A stretch of 38,444 bases of DNA. It comes from Clostridia bacterium (lineage in GTDB: Bacteria > Bacillota > Clostridia > UMGS1883). The position numbers were made by a program, and so were the translations under genes. Shown here one piece after another: positions 9,526 to 18,068 of this stretch. Numbering within the stretch: the first letter of the stretch is position 1; every line of letters starts with the position of its first letter. Under the pieces are notes generated by a model that saw only the letters and a program-made list of their open reading frames with translations, searched no databases and was not told the DNA's origin. The DNA lies in NCBI GenBank assembly GCA_017547445.1, contig JAFYPR010000011.1:1-38444 (forward strand). Reading direction: 5' to 3'.

Positions 9526-10128
9526 ATGAAGATTTCTGTTAAACTGGAAAAAGATACTTTAATATTGAAAATGGATGAGGAGAAAAGCTTTTCTGAGCAG
9601 AGGGACGAGGTTGAAAATTATCTGCTCGGTATGAAGAGCTTCCTCAGTAAAGGCGATGTAAGATTTGCATACGACGGAGCGGAGCTTTCCTTTGAAGAAG
9701 AAGTTGAGCTTTGCCATATTGCAGATAGTGCATTTGACCGTGAGGTTGATTTTATGCACAAAAAAATGCCTCCTCATGAAATGGTAAGGCATATGAATGC
9801 AAACGGTGAAAAGCTTGTTAAAAAGGTAATCGGCACCGTTAAATCCGGTGAGGTTATTGAATCCTCAGGTGACATTCTTGTTTTTGGGGATGTTAATCCG
9901 ACGGCACAGCTTAATGCCCAGGGCGATATATATGTGATAGGCACACTCCGTGGTGTTGCTCATGCAGGGTGTATGGGCAGGGAAAGTGCAGTTGTGTATG
10001 CTATGCATATGAACCCTGTTATGATTAAAATTGCAGATAAGATTGGTTTTAATCCGTCCACAAGTGAGGAAAATCGTAACGGACTTGCATGTATTGAAGA
10101 CGGGGAGATAAAAATTAAGCTGATTTAA
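9526..10128 (+). CDS. minC: Septum site-determining protein MinC
   Basis: C-terminal beta-helix signature GTVKSG...GDVNP...GTLRGVAHAG; upstream of minD. Confidence 0.9.
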   Translation: MKISVKLEKDTLILKMDEEKSFSEQRDEVENYLLGMKSFLSKGDVRFAYDGAELSFEEEVELCHIADSAFDREVDFMHKKMPPHEMVRHMNANGEKLVKKVIGTVKSGEVIESSGDILVFGDVNPTAQLNAQGDIYVIGTLRGVAHAGCMGRESAVVYAMHMNPVMIKIADKIGFNPSTSEENRNGLACIEDGEIKIKLI

Positions 10129-10138
10129 GAAAGGTTAT

Positions 10139-10939
10139 GTGAAATATATGGGTGAAGCGATAGTTGTTACAAGCGGTAAAGGCGGTGCGGGAAAGACTAC
10201 ACTGTCTGCAAACCTTGGTGCGGCACTGGCATTGGAAGGACATAAGGTTCTTTTGGTTGATACAGATATCGGGTTGAGAAATCTTGATGTTCTTTTAGGC
10301 TTTGAAGATAAAATAGTTTATGACCTTGTTGATATATGCACAGGTAACTGTGATGCAAAAAAGGCAACGATTAAAGATAAACGGTTTGAAAACCTGTATT
10401 TCGTACCTGCATCCCAGGCAAAGGAAAAGGATGCTATAACCCCGTTGCAGATGAGGAATTTTATCTCCGAGGTTAAAGAAGAGTACGACTACATAATAAT
10501 TGACTGTCCCGCAGGACTTGAGCAGGGCTTTGAAAATGCGGTAGCACTTTGTGACAGGGCAATTGTTGTCGCAATGCCTGAAATGACATCCGTAAGAGAT
10601 GCTGACAGGATAATAGGATTGATTGAACAGAGAGGCATTGAAAAAACGGAACTTGTTATAAACAGAATGAGAAAGAGTCTTGCTGACAAGGGTGTTATGC
10701 TTCCGGTTGAAGAAATCCTCGAAATCTTAGCTGTTAATCTTATAGGTGTTGTACCTGAGGACGAAAGGATTATTGCCGCCGCAAACTGCGGTACACCTTG
10801 TGTACTTGACGAAAAATCAATGGCGGGCAAGGCATATAAAAATATTGCAAAGAGAGTAAAAGGTGAAGAAGTGAGTCTTCTTGACATTTCAGATAAACGC
10901 AATGTATTTGTACGTATTATAGAGGCTATCAAGAATTAA
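10139..10939 (+). CDS. minD: Septum site-determining protein MinD
   Basis: Deviant Walker A SGKGGAGKT, DIGLRNLD, DCPAG, RDADR, C-terminal amphipathic helix. ATG 10148 is an alternative start. Confidence 0.96.
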   Translation: MKYMGEAIVVTSGKGGAGKTTLSANLGAALALEGHKVLLVDTDIGLRNLDVLLGFEDKIVYDLVDICTGNCDAKKATIKDKRFENLYFVPASQAKEKDAITPLQMRNFISEVKEEYDYIIIDCPAGLEQGFENAVALCDRAIVVAMPEMTSVRDADRIIGLIEQRGIEKTELVINRMRKSLADKGVMLPVEEILEILAVNLIGVVPEDERIIAAANCGTPCVLDEKSMAGKAYKNIAKRVKGEEVSLLDISDKRNVFVRIIEAIKN

Positions 10940-10957
10940 AGAAAAGGGGAGATTATG

Positions 10958-11371
10958 ATGCATATCGCATTAATTGCACACGACAAGAAAAAAGAACTTA
11001 TGGTACAGTTCTGTATGGCGTATAAAAGTATTTTTGCAAAACATAAGCTTTGTGCAACAAGAACTACAGGCAGTATGATTACAGAAGCTACAGGCTTACA
11101 GGTTGAAAAGCTTCTTGCTGGTCATCAGGGCGGTGTTCAGCAGATTGCCGCACGTATCGCATTTAACGAAATTGACCTTGTGCTTTGCTTCCGTGACCCT
11201 GTTTCTGCACGCAGATATGAGCCCGATTTAAGTAACCTTATGTCCCTTTGTGACGTACATTCCGTGCCCATTGCAACAAACTCGGCAACTGCTGAAGTGC
11301 TTATGCAGGGACTGGAGAGAGGTGACCTTGATTGGAGAAATATCTTAAACCCCAAGAACAGACTGCAATAA
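10958..11371 (+). CDS. mgsA: Methylglyoxal synthase-like protein with degenerate active site
   Basis: [18 protein letters not shown] and PIATN motifs, but GGDQQ reads GGVQQ and PHEPD reads RYEPD. Confidence 0.85.
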   Translation: MHIALIAHDKKKELMVQFCMAYKSIFAKHKLCATRTTGSMITEATGLQVEKLLAGHQGGVQQIAARIAFNEIDLVLCFRDPVSARRYEPDLSNLMSLCDVHSVPIATNSATAEVLMQGLERGDLDWRNILNPKNRLQ

Positions 11372-12258
11372 GCCTGTTTGATAAAGAGCGTGAATTGCAC
11401 GAAGAGTCTTTGATTGCAAGAGTGTGGCTTATATCAGACTTGCAGCAGTCTATACCGGAAAAGGCGAAACGCAGTTTATATACGGCACTTGAAGATTTTT
11501 ATGAAATGAAGCTTAAGTGTGACAGGATATGGTACATGGGTGACAGTATTGAAGGCAGTGATATGAAGCATCTTGAAGAAATGACTGCAATGCAACAGGA
11601 TGCCTTTGAAAAGCTTGGTATACCCCTTTGCTACGTTATGGGTAACCATGATATGGATATAATGCACAAGGGGAAGGCGCCTGTGTTTTACAACATGGTA
11701 AAGGCACATAAGGATTGGAAATGCATTGATAAATGCGATGATTTCTATTTTGAAGATACTATAGGCAGTTTCAATGTTGTGTTTTTATCAGACCACTATG
11801 CAAAGGATTTATCATGGTGGGCATGTCATGGAAGAGTATACGGTGATGAGTCGGGATATCCCCATAGTGAAAAAGATTTAAAGGCGTTGAGCGAAAGGAT
11901 TAAGAATTCGGGAAAGAAGACATTGACGGTTTCCCATTATTCCTACCCCGGCGGAAACAGAGCCAGCAATTTTTTGGGTATGATGATGCCTTTGCCCGAG
12001 AATGTTTTTATGCATATTTACGGACATTCTCATATAGGTGATTTTACATGGGCAGGCAAAGATGTGATGCGTAAAATCAGCTGGGTAAATGATTGTGATA
12101 TTCCTCAGGTGGATATTGCATCGTTAGAGAAGGACAGGGGAAATGCCATAAGAAGTGCTTTTCTGGAAATTTATCCCGAAGCGGTTAAGATATCTTTCCG
12201 TGACCATGACAGAAAAATGTGGACGGAAAGTTTTACAAAAGCAATTTTTAACAGTTGA
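11332..12258 (+). CDS. Calcineurin-like metallophosphoesterase
   Basis: Motifs SDLQ, GDSIE, GNHD, SH and GHSH. TTG start preceded by GAGGTGA inside the mgsA 3' end. Confidence 0.85.
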   Translation: MEKYLKPQEQTAISLFDKERELHEESLIARVWLISDLQQSIPEKAKRSLYTALEDFYEMKLKCDRIWYMGDSIEGSDMKHLEEMTAMQQDAFEKLGIPLCYVMGNHDMDIMHKGKAPVFYNMVKAHKDWKCIDKCDDFYFEDTIGSFNVVFLSDHYAKDLSWWACHGRVYGDESGYPHSEKDLKALSERIKNSGKKTLTVSHYSYPGGNRASNFLGMMMPLPENVFMHIYGHSHIGDFTWAGKDVMRKISWVNDCDIPQVDIASLEKDRGNAIRSAFLEIYPEAVKISFRDHDRKMWTESFTKAIFNS

Positions 12259-12283
12259 AATATATTGTTTATACTGTTATAAT
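12255..12283 (+). promoter_or_regulatory. Sigma-A promoter (extended -10) for DUF1934-argS-ctpA
   Basis: TTGAAA-17 bp-TATAAT with TG at the extended -10 position. Confidence 0.7.
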
Positions 12284-12327
12284 GCAAGGTATGGCACTAT
12301 TTTTGCCACAGGTTAGAAGGTGAAGGT

Positions 12328-12741
12328 ATGAAAAAGGTATACGTTTCAATTATAGGAGAAAGCCTTGTAGACGGTGACGGCGATAAGACGGAAATGGTCA
12401 CAGAGGGTGAGTATACCATGCGCGGAGGAAAGTATCTTCTGCGTTATAATGAGCATTTATCGGATATGGATGACGGTTGTACTACTGTTATCAGATTTGA
12501 TGAAAACTCGGTTGTGATGAGTCGCAGCGGCAACATAAACACACAGATGATTTTTGAAACGGGGAAAAGGCATGTAAGCCACTATGAGACGCCTCTTGGC
12601 AGTTTTACAATAGGTATCAGTACGGATGTACTAAAAAAGAACATCGGTGAAAACGGTGGGGACGTGGAAATAAAATACATTCTTGATATAAATAATTCCG
12701 CACAGGTGGAGAATTATCTGCACCTTAACATTCGCGGTTGA
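12328..12741 (+). CDS. DUF1934 (YwiB-like) beta-barrel protein
   Basis: YETPLG motif, 137 aa, beta-rich; this family typically precedes argS in Bacillota. Confidence 0.85.
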   Translation: MKKVYVSIIGESLVDGDGDKTEMVTEGEYTMRGGKYLLRYNEHLSDMDDGCTTVIRFDENSVVMSRSGNINTQMIFETGKRHVSHYETPLGSFTIGISTDVLKKNIGENGGDVEIKYILDINNSAQVENYLHLNIRG

Positions 12742-12760
12742 TGAAAGGAACTGACATAAA

Positions 12761-14437
12761 ATGTACACATTACAGAAGAAAAAAGCTGAAATTTATTCGG
12801 TTGTAGAAAATGCGATAAAAAATGCCTTTGCTGACTGCGAAGTGCCTGCCTTTGCCGTTGAAGAGCCACGCGATAAAGCTCATGGTGATTTTGCGGTAAA
12901 TGCGGCTATGCTTCTCGCAAAGGCACTTAAGAAAAATCCCCGTGAAATTGCAGGTGCAATTATCGAAAATATTGATAATTCCCATCTTAATGCATGTAAG
13001 ATTGAGCCTGCAGGTCCCGGATTTATCAACTTCACTCTTGATAAGGCATATATAAAGGAAGTCCTTACAGAAATTGAAGAAAAGGGAAATAATTACGGTG
13101 ATGTCAATGTGGGCGAAGGCAAGAAAGTTATGATTGAATTTGTCAGCGCAAACCCCACAGGTCCTATGCATATGGGTAATGCCCGTGGCGGTGCATTGGG
13201 CGATACATTGGCAAATGTGCTTAAGAAAGCTAACTGGGATGTAACAAGAGAATTCTACATCAACGATGCAGGTGCACAGATTGAAAAGTTTGGTAACAGC
13301 TTAGAGGGAAGATATATTCAGATTTTAAAGGGTGAGGATGCAATTGAATTTTCTCCCGACTGGTATCAGGGCGATGACATACGTGTTCATGCACAGAATT
13401 ATATAGATATACACGGTGATTCTCTTCTTGAGCTTGAAAGCGATGAAAGACGCAGAAGGCTTATTGAATATGCGCTTGAGCTTAATCTTGATTATCTTAA
13501 AGAAACCTTATCTCGTTACAGAATAGAATATGATGTCTGGTTCCGTGAGAGCGTTCTTCACGAAACAAATCAGGTTATGGAAACAGTTAAAAAGCTTCTT
13601 GAAAGCGGTAAGGCTTATGAACAGGATGGTGCTGTGTGGCTCAGAAGCACAGACTTCGGCAGCGAAAAGGATGATGTTCTTGTTCGTCAGAATGGTATTC
13701 CCACATATTTTGCCGCAGACATCGCTTATCATAAGAATAAAATTGAAGAAAGAGGCTTTGATCTTTGCATAAATATCTGGGGTGCAGACCATCATGGTCA
13801 TATTGCACGAATGAAGGGTGCTCTTGAGGCGGTAGGTCTTGATTCTGACAAGCTTATGGTTTTAACAATTCAGCTTGTGAGATTGATGAGTGAGGGACAG
13901 CCTGTCAGAATGAGCAAGAGAACAGGTAAGATGATTACGCTCTCTGACCTTATTGATGAAATCGGCATTGACCCCGCAAGATTTTTCTTCAACACAAGAG
14001 CGGCAGGAAGTCATATGGACTTTGATCTGGATCTTGCCGTTAAGCAGAGTAACGAAAACCCTGTGTTCTATGTTCAGTATGCTCATGCTCGTATATGTTC
14101 AATTATCCGTCTTCTTGCCGATGAAGGATGCAAGGTGCCTTCTGTGAAGGATATTGACCTTAGCATGCTTAATAAGGATGAGGAAGTTGAGCTTATGCGT
14201 CAGTTGGCACTTTTGCCGGAAGAAATCAAAAATGCGGCAGAAACTTTTGAACCCAGCCACCTTACGAGATACCTTATGGATCTGGCAGCTTGCTTCCATT
14301 CCTTCTATTCTGCGTGCAGAGTTAAGGATGATGATGTTAAGGTACGAGAAGCAAGACTTAAGCTCTGTGATTCTACAAGAGCTGTTATTAAGATTGTGCT
14401 TGATATCCTTGGTGTATCGGCTCCTGAACAAATGTAA
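12761..14437 (+). CDS. argS: Arginine--tRNA ligase
   Basis: EFVSANPTGPMHMGNARG (HIGH), WGADHHG, MSKRTG, YVQYAHAR. Confidence 0.98.
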   Translation: MYTLQKKKAEIYSVVENAIKNAFADCEVPAFAVEEPRDKAHGDFAVNAAMLLAKALKKNPREIAGAIIENIDNSHLNACKIEPAGPGFINFTLDKAYIKEVLTEIEEKGNNYGDVNVGEGKKVMIEFVSANPTGPMHMGNARGGALGDTLANVLKKANWDVTREFYINDAGAQIEKFGNSLEGRYIQILKGEDAIEFSPDWYQGDDIRVHAQNYIDIHGDSLLELESDERRRRLIEYALELNLDYLKETLSRYRIEYDVWFRESVLHETNQVMETVKKLLESGKAYEQDGAVWLRSTDFGSEKDDVLVRQNGIPTYFAADIAYHKNKIEERGFDLCINIWGADHHGHIARMKGALEAVGLDSDKLMVLTIQLVRLMSEGQPVRMSKRTGKMITLSDLIDEIGIDPARFFFNTRAAGSHMDFDLDLAVKQSNENPVFYVQYAHARICSIIRLLADEGCKVPSVKDIDLSMLNKDEEVELMRQLALLPEEIKNAAETFEPSHLTRYLMDLAACFHSFYSACRVKDDDVKVREARLKLCDSTRAVIKIVLDILGVSAPEQM

Positions 14438-14452
14438 AAAAGGATTGATTTG

Positions 14453-15910
14453 ATGAAAAAGAAAAATATAAAGGCTATACTTGGTCTTGTTCTGGCAATT
14501 GTTCTGACAGCATCATGCTTTACTGCCATTTATGCCGAAGAGGTTGTTGTGCCCTCTGCATATGAGGCGGCAGTTATGAAGAACAGCATTGCAAATCTTT
14601 GTATGAGTATTGCCGATAACTATTATTACGGTGTAACGGATGAGGATTTGCTTTATCGTGCCCTTTGCAGTGCCATTGATAACGGCAAGTTTGACTTTGA
14701 TAAGGCTGTTGAAAAGATGGTAGGACTTTTGAAGGACGGCTACAGTGAATTTTATACATCTGAGCGATTTGAAAGCTTCTTTACTGATATTGTAGGTGAA
14801 TTTTACGGTATAGGTGTACAGATTATGCTTTCGGGCGACCATGTGGTTGTTGCAAGCGTTTTTCCTGATTCACCTGCCGAAAAAGCGGGCATACTGCCTT
14901 ATGACACCATTGTTTCCATTGACGGAACGGATATCTCCGGCTTCAGCGTTCAGGATGTTGCAACCCTTATTAAGCGCGAAAAGGGCAAAAGGGTCCAGGT
15001 TGGTATTATCCGTGACGGTAAGGGCATGATAATTGACTGCTTCTGTGATGAAGTAAGCCAGAATCCCATTTCATACGGAATAATGGAGGACGGTAAAATA
15101 GGATATATTTATATATCTACATTCTCTCTGACTCTTGATGAATTTATAACTCCCGTACTGGAGGAATTCAAGGAAAAAGGGATTAAAGATATTATCCTTG
15201 ATATAAGAAATAACGGCGGCGGCGAATTGAATGCGGCGATGGATTTAGCTAAGCATTTTGTGCCTGAGGGAACAATTGCAAAGCTTAAATACAAAGATCC
15301 TGCAAAAAACGAGGACGTTGTTATAACTAACGGAATGAAGGAATCGCCTTACAATATGGTGCTTCTTGTAAATGGTAACAGTGCATCTGCGTCTGAGCTT
15401 TTCTCAGGTGCGGTAAAGGACAGAAAGGCAGGTACAATAATCGGTACCACAACCTACGGTAAGGGAAGCATGCAGTCTGTATTCAGGCTTATGACAGGCT
15501 GCGGAATTAAGTATACAATTGCTGAATTCCATTCTCCAAATGATACAAGAATTCATACTGTAGGCGTTACACCCGATTTTGTTGTGGAAAACACCGTTCA
15601 TCATGTTACTGAGGAAGACTTTGAACCGATGGTGTTCAATAATACTGCAACAGATGAAAAGCTTAATATGGCAGTTGAACAGAGGCTTGAAGCCCTTGGT
15701 TGCTTCCATGAAGAGCCTGATAATGTCTTTGACGATAAGACAACCGATGCAATAAGACAGTTCCAGATGCTCAAAAATCTTGAAATATCCGGAGAATTGG
15801 ATATGTATACACTTGTTGCATTGAATGATATTATTTACGAATACGAGTACTCAGATGACGACCAGTTAGAAGCGGCAAAGAAATATCTTCTTACAGGCAG
15901 TATAAATTAA
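14453..15910 (+). CDS. ctpA: S41A C-terminal processing peptidase with PDZ and peptidoglycan-binding domain
   Basis: Signal peptide, PDZ (GIGV...SPAEKAG), DIRNNGGG, catalytic SASASE and GKG, C-terminal PG-binding-like T..AIRQFQ...L..SG.LD. Confidence 0.9.
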   Translation: MKKKNIKAILGLVLAIVLTASCFTAIYAEEVVVPSAYEAAVMKNSIANLCMSIADNYYYGVTDEDLLYRALCSAIDNGKFDFDKAVEKMVGLLKDGYSEFYTSERFESFFTDIVGEFYGIGVQIMLSGDHVVVASVFPDSPAEKAGILPYDTIVSIDGTDISGFSVQDVATLIKREKGKRVQVGIIRDGKGMIIDCFCDEVSQNPISYGIMEDGKIGYIYISTFSLTLDEFITPVLEEFKEKGIKDIILDIRNNGGGELNAAMDLAKHFVPEGTIAKLKYKDPAKNEDVVITNGMKESPYNMVLLVNGNSASASELFSGAVKDRKAGTIIGTTTYGKGSMQSVFRLMTGCGIKYTIAEFHSPNDTRIHTVGVTPDFVVENTVHHVTEEDFEPMVFNNTATDEKLNMAVEQRLEALGCFHEEPDNVFDDKTTDAIRQFQMLKNLEISGELDMYTLVALNDIIYEYEYSDDDQLEAAKKYLLTGSIN

Positions 15911-15913
15911 TAG

Positions 15914-15950
15914 CAAAATGCTGTTGCGATTGCAACAGCATTTTGTTTTT
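15914..15950 (+). terminator. Intrinsic terminator after ctpA
   Basis: 14-bp stem CAAAATGCTGTTGC-GATT-GCAACAGCATTTTG followed by a T-run. Confidence 0.9.
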
Positions 15951-16015
15951 CAAAAAATTTACTTGAATTTTAAAAGCCATAATGCAAATAGTAATATTGT
16001 ATTGGGGGCAAGGAA

Positions 16016-16504
16016 ATGTACGAAAGCTTCTTGAAATGGAAGGGTAAAAAAATTTACGGTAAGGACACGAATAAGTACTATGGAAGGCTTTCGGATATAC
16101 TCGTCAATAAAGATACAAGTATGATAATAGGTATCATTTCAAAAAACGATTCGCTTATATACAAGCATCGGCTGTTTTTAATTAAGGATGTCATAAAATG
16201 GGACGAGGTATGTATATATGTGAAGGGTTACGGCGAGAAGTTCGTCAAAGTAGTACCTTTATTTGAGAATTTCAAAAGCTGTGAAAATGATATATATGGA
16301 AAGAGCGCTGTATATTCTGACGGCACAAGAGCAGGTCGGGTGAGGAATATCGGTTTTAACTTTGAGGCGGGAGAATTGGCTGCCTTTGAGGTTGGCTCTT
16401 CATTAGTTCAGGATCTTTTGTCGGGACGGTTGATATGCCCGGCCCAAAATACTGTTAATTATCTGCAGGATTGCATTGTTCTTGAAAAAGCAGATAAATT
16501 TTAA
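16016..16504 (+). CDS. PRC-barrel domain protein (YrrD-like, two barrels)
   Basis: Two repeats of a G-K-x-hydrophobic-Y...G-R-hydrophobic-x-D/N-I pattern; DLLSGR motif; synteny with an AI-2E gene and alaS. Confidence 0.7.
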   Translation: MYESFLKWKGKKIYGKDTNKYYGRLSDILVNKDTSMIIGIISKNDSLIYKHRLFLIKDVIKWDEVCIYVKGYGEKFVKVVPLFENFKSCENDIYGKSAVYSDGTRAGRVRNIGFNFEAGELAAFEVGSSLVQDLLSGRLICPAQNTVNYLQDCIVLEKADKF

Positions 16505-16515
16505 GAGGTGTTGAT

Positions 16516-16686
16516 ATGATTTTATCAAAGGGTTTTGTAACAGGCCTTCTGACGGGTGCTGTTGCAGGCGGAATTATGGGTATGTGCATTGACCCTTTGA
16601 AGGATAAGGATTCCCGGAGATTAAGAAAAAGTGCGGGGAAAATTATCCATTCCATGGAAAACATGGCAGAAAATATGCACTCTTAA
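16516..16686 (+). CDS. Small 56-aa membrane-anchored protein (YtxH/YrzQ-like), not in the ORF track
   Basis: AAGAGGTG SD then ATG; MILSKGFVTGLLTGAVAGGIMGMCIDPLKDKDSRRLRKSAGKIIHSMENMAENMHS. Gly-rich hydrophobic helix plus basic helix; fills the intergenic gap. Confidence 0.8.
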   Translation: MILSKGFVTGLLTGAVAGGIMGMCIDPLKDKDSRRLRKSAGKIIHSMENMAENMHS

Positions 16687-16705
16687 GGGGCAAATGCCCC
16701 TTTTT
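16685..16705 (+). terminator. Probable intrinsic terminator after the 56-aa gene
   Basis: AAGGGGC-AAAT-GCCCCTT running into TTTTT. Confidence 0.65.
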
Positions 16706-16723
16706 ACATAGGAGAGTGAAAAA

Positions 16724-17674
16724 ATGCGCGACAAAATGCTGTTTATATCATCTTTAATATTTGCATTTTTATATTTGTTATTTATTGCGGCGGTATTTTC
16801 GCCTTTAAGAGAAGTGTGTGCGCCATTTATTACGGCGCTTATTTTAGTATATCTGTTTTTGCCGTTGGTTAAGCTTTTGGAAAAACTGGGTATAAAGAGC
16901 ATTATAGCTACAGCTATTGTATACGTCATTATGGTTAGCACAGGTGTTTTTGTCCTTTTGTATGCCGTGCCTAAAATATATTCTGCAGTACTTGAAATAG
17001 GAGATGTTCTGAAAAGCTATGAGCTTTTTTCGGTGGAAAGAGTTCTTAACGGAGGATTTTTACAGAAGGGAATAGGCGGAGTATACACAACGGTGATTTC
17101 TGCAACGAAGGGGGCTTTCAATGTCTTTGTGGGGTTTGTGGCGGCATTTTATATCCTTTCGGACATTAAATCTGTAAAAAAGGCTCTGGCTGAATTCGTG
17201 CCTGTCAGGCTTATCCCGTCCTTCAGGGTGCTGATTGATGATGTAAAGCTTTGTCTTGACTCGTTTTTCAAGGGACAAGTGTTGATTGCATCAATACTTT
17301 TTGTAATTGATGCGGTATTTTTATATGTGATGAAAATACCCTACGCCATTGGTTTGGCATTTATTGCGGCAATTCTTGATATAATACCCTATGCAGGGGC
17401 ATTTATTGCCATGGGGATAATTATACTTGTTACCCTTATAAGTGCGCCGGGGAAGATTATTGTTATTATTGCAGGACTTCTTATTATACAGCAGATTGAA
17501 AATCATATTATAACCCCGAAAATCTCTTCAAGCACTCTTTCATTGCATCCTGCAGTTACGGTGCTTGCCCTTTATGTGGGGGCATACGGAGGCTTCTGGG
17601 GGATTTTGCTTGCCGTACCGCTTGCCTGTATATTCAAAAAAATTTTTTTCAGGTTTATTCAGTCAATAATATGA
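16724..17674 (+). CDS. AI-2E family transporter (PerM/YrrI-like)
   Basis: Polytopic membrane protein with IIPYAG, QQIENHIITPKI, LHP and GILLAVP motifs. Confidence 0.9.
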   Translation: MRDKMLFISSLIFAFLYLLFIAAVFSPLREVCAPFITALILVYLFLPLVKLLEKLGIKSIIATAIVYVIMVSTGVFVLLYAVPKIYSAVLEIGDVLKSYELFSVERVLNGGFLQKGIGGVYTTVISATKGAFNVFVGFVAAFYILSDIKSVKKALAEFVPVRLIPSFRVLIDDVKLCLDSFFKGQVLIASILFVIDAVFLYVMKIPYAIGLAFIAAILDIIPYAGAFIAMGIIILVTLISAPGKIIVIIAGLLIIQQIENHIITPKISSSTLSLHPAVTVLALYVGAYGGFWGILLAVPLACIFKKIFFRFIQSII

Positions 17675-17684
17675 TAAAAAGTTC

Positions 17685-17713
17685 TTGATTAGTTTCCCGT
17701 TTGGGTGTATAAT
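17685..17713 (+). promoter_or_regulatory. Sigma-A promoter for the TSCPD gene
   Basis: TTGATT-17 bp-TATAAT. Confidence 0.65.
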
Positions 17714-17755
17714 ATATGAAATTATGTCATATTATGCGCGGAAGGGGATGAAAAA

Positions 17756-18013
17756 GTGAGATACACTTACAAAACAAAGGGCACATGCGCATCGCAGATT
17801 TCTTTTGATATTGAAGGCGATAAGATTACAAACGTAAGCTTTCTGGGCGGATGTAACGGCAATCTTAAGGCGATATCAAGAGTTGTTGACGGAATGACAG
17901 TTGGTGAAATTGAAGAATATTTTTCAAATCTTACCTGCGGGTATAAGGACACAAGCTGTTCTGACCAGCTTGCAAAGGCGGTAAGATGTGCATATAACGA
18001 GCTGAACGCTTGA
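17756..18013 (+). CDS. TIGR03905-type 4-Cys TSCPD domain protein
   Basis: GTC...GGCNGNL...CG..DTSCSDQLA pattern; 85 aa. Confidence 0.88.
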   Translation: MRYTYKTKGTCASQISFDIEGDKITNVSFLGGCNGNLKAISRVVDGMTVGEIEEYFSNLTCGYKDTSCSDQLAKAVRCAYNELNA

Positions 18014-18039
18014 CAATTTATGCCGTAAATATGTATAAT
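18010..18039 (+). promoter_or_regulatory. Sigma-A promoter for alaS-HIT
   Basis: TTGACA-18 bp-TATAAT; the -35 box overlaps the upstream TGA stop. Confidence 0.75.
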
Positions 18040-18068
18040 GGTTAAGATTATAAAGGAGTGAATTAATC

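Noticed and set aside
10379-11062. Possible codon reassignment (AGA at a conserved Gly in mgsA; CGG recoding known in some Clostridia)
   Set aside because: AGA encodes conserved Arg in rpsU and alaS, and CGG encodes the conserved Arg of MinD DKR, so the standard code fits.
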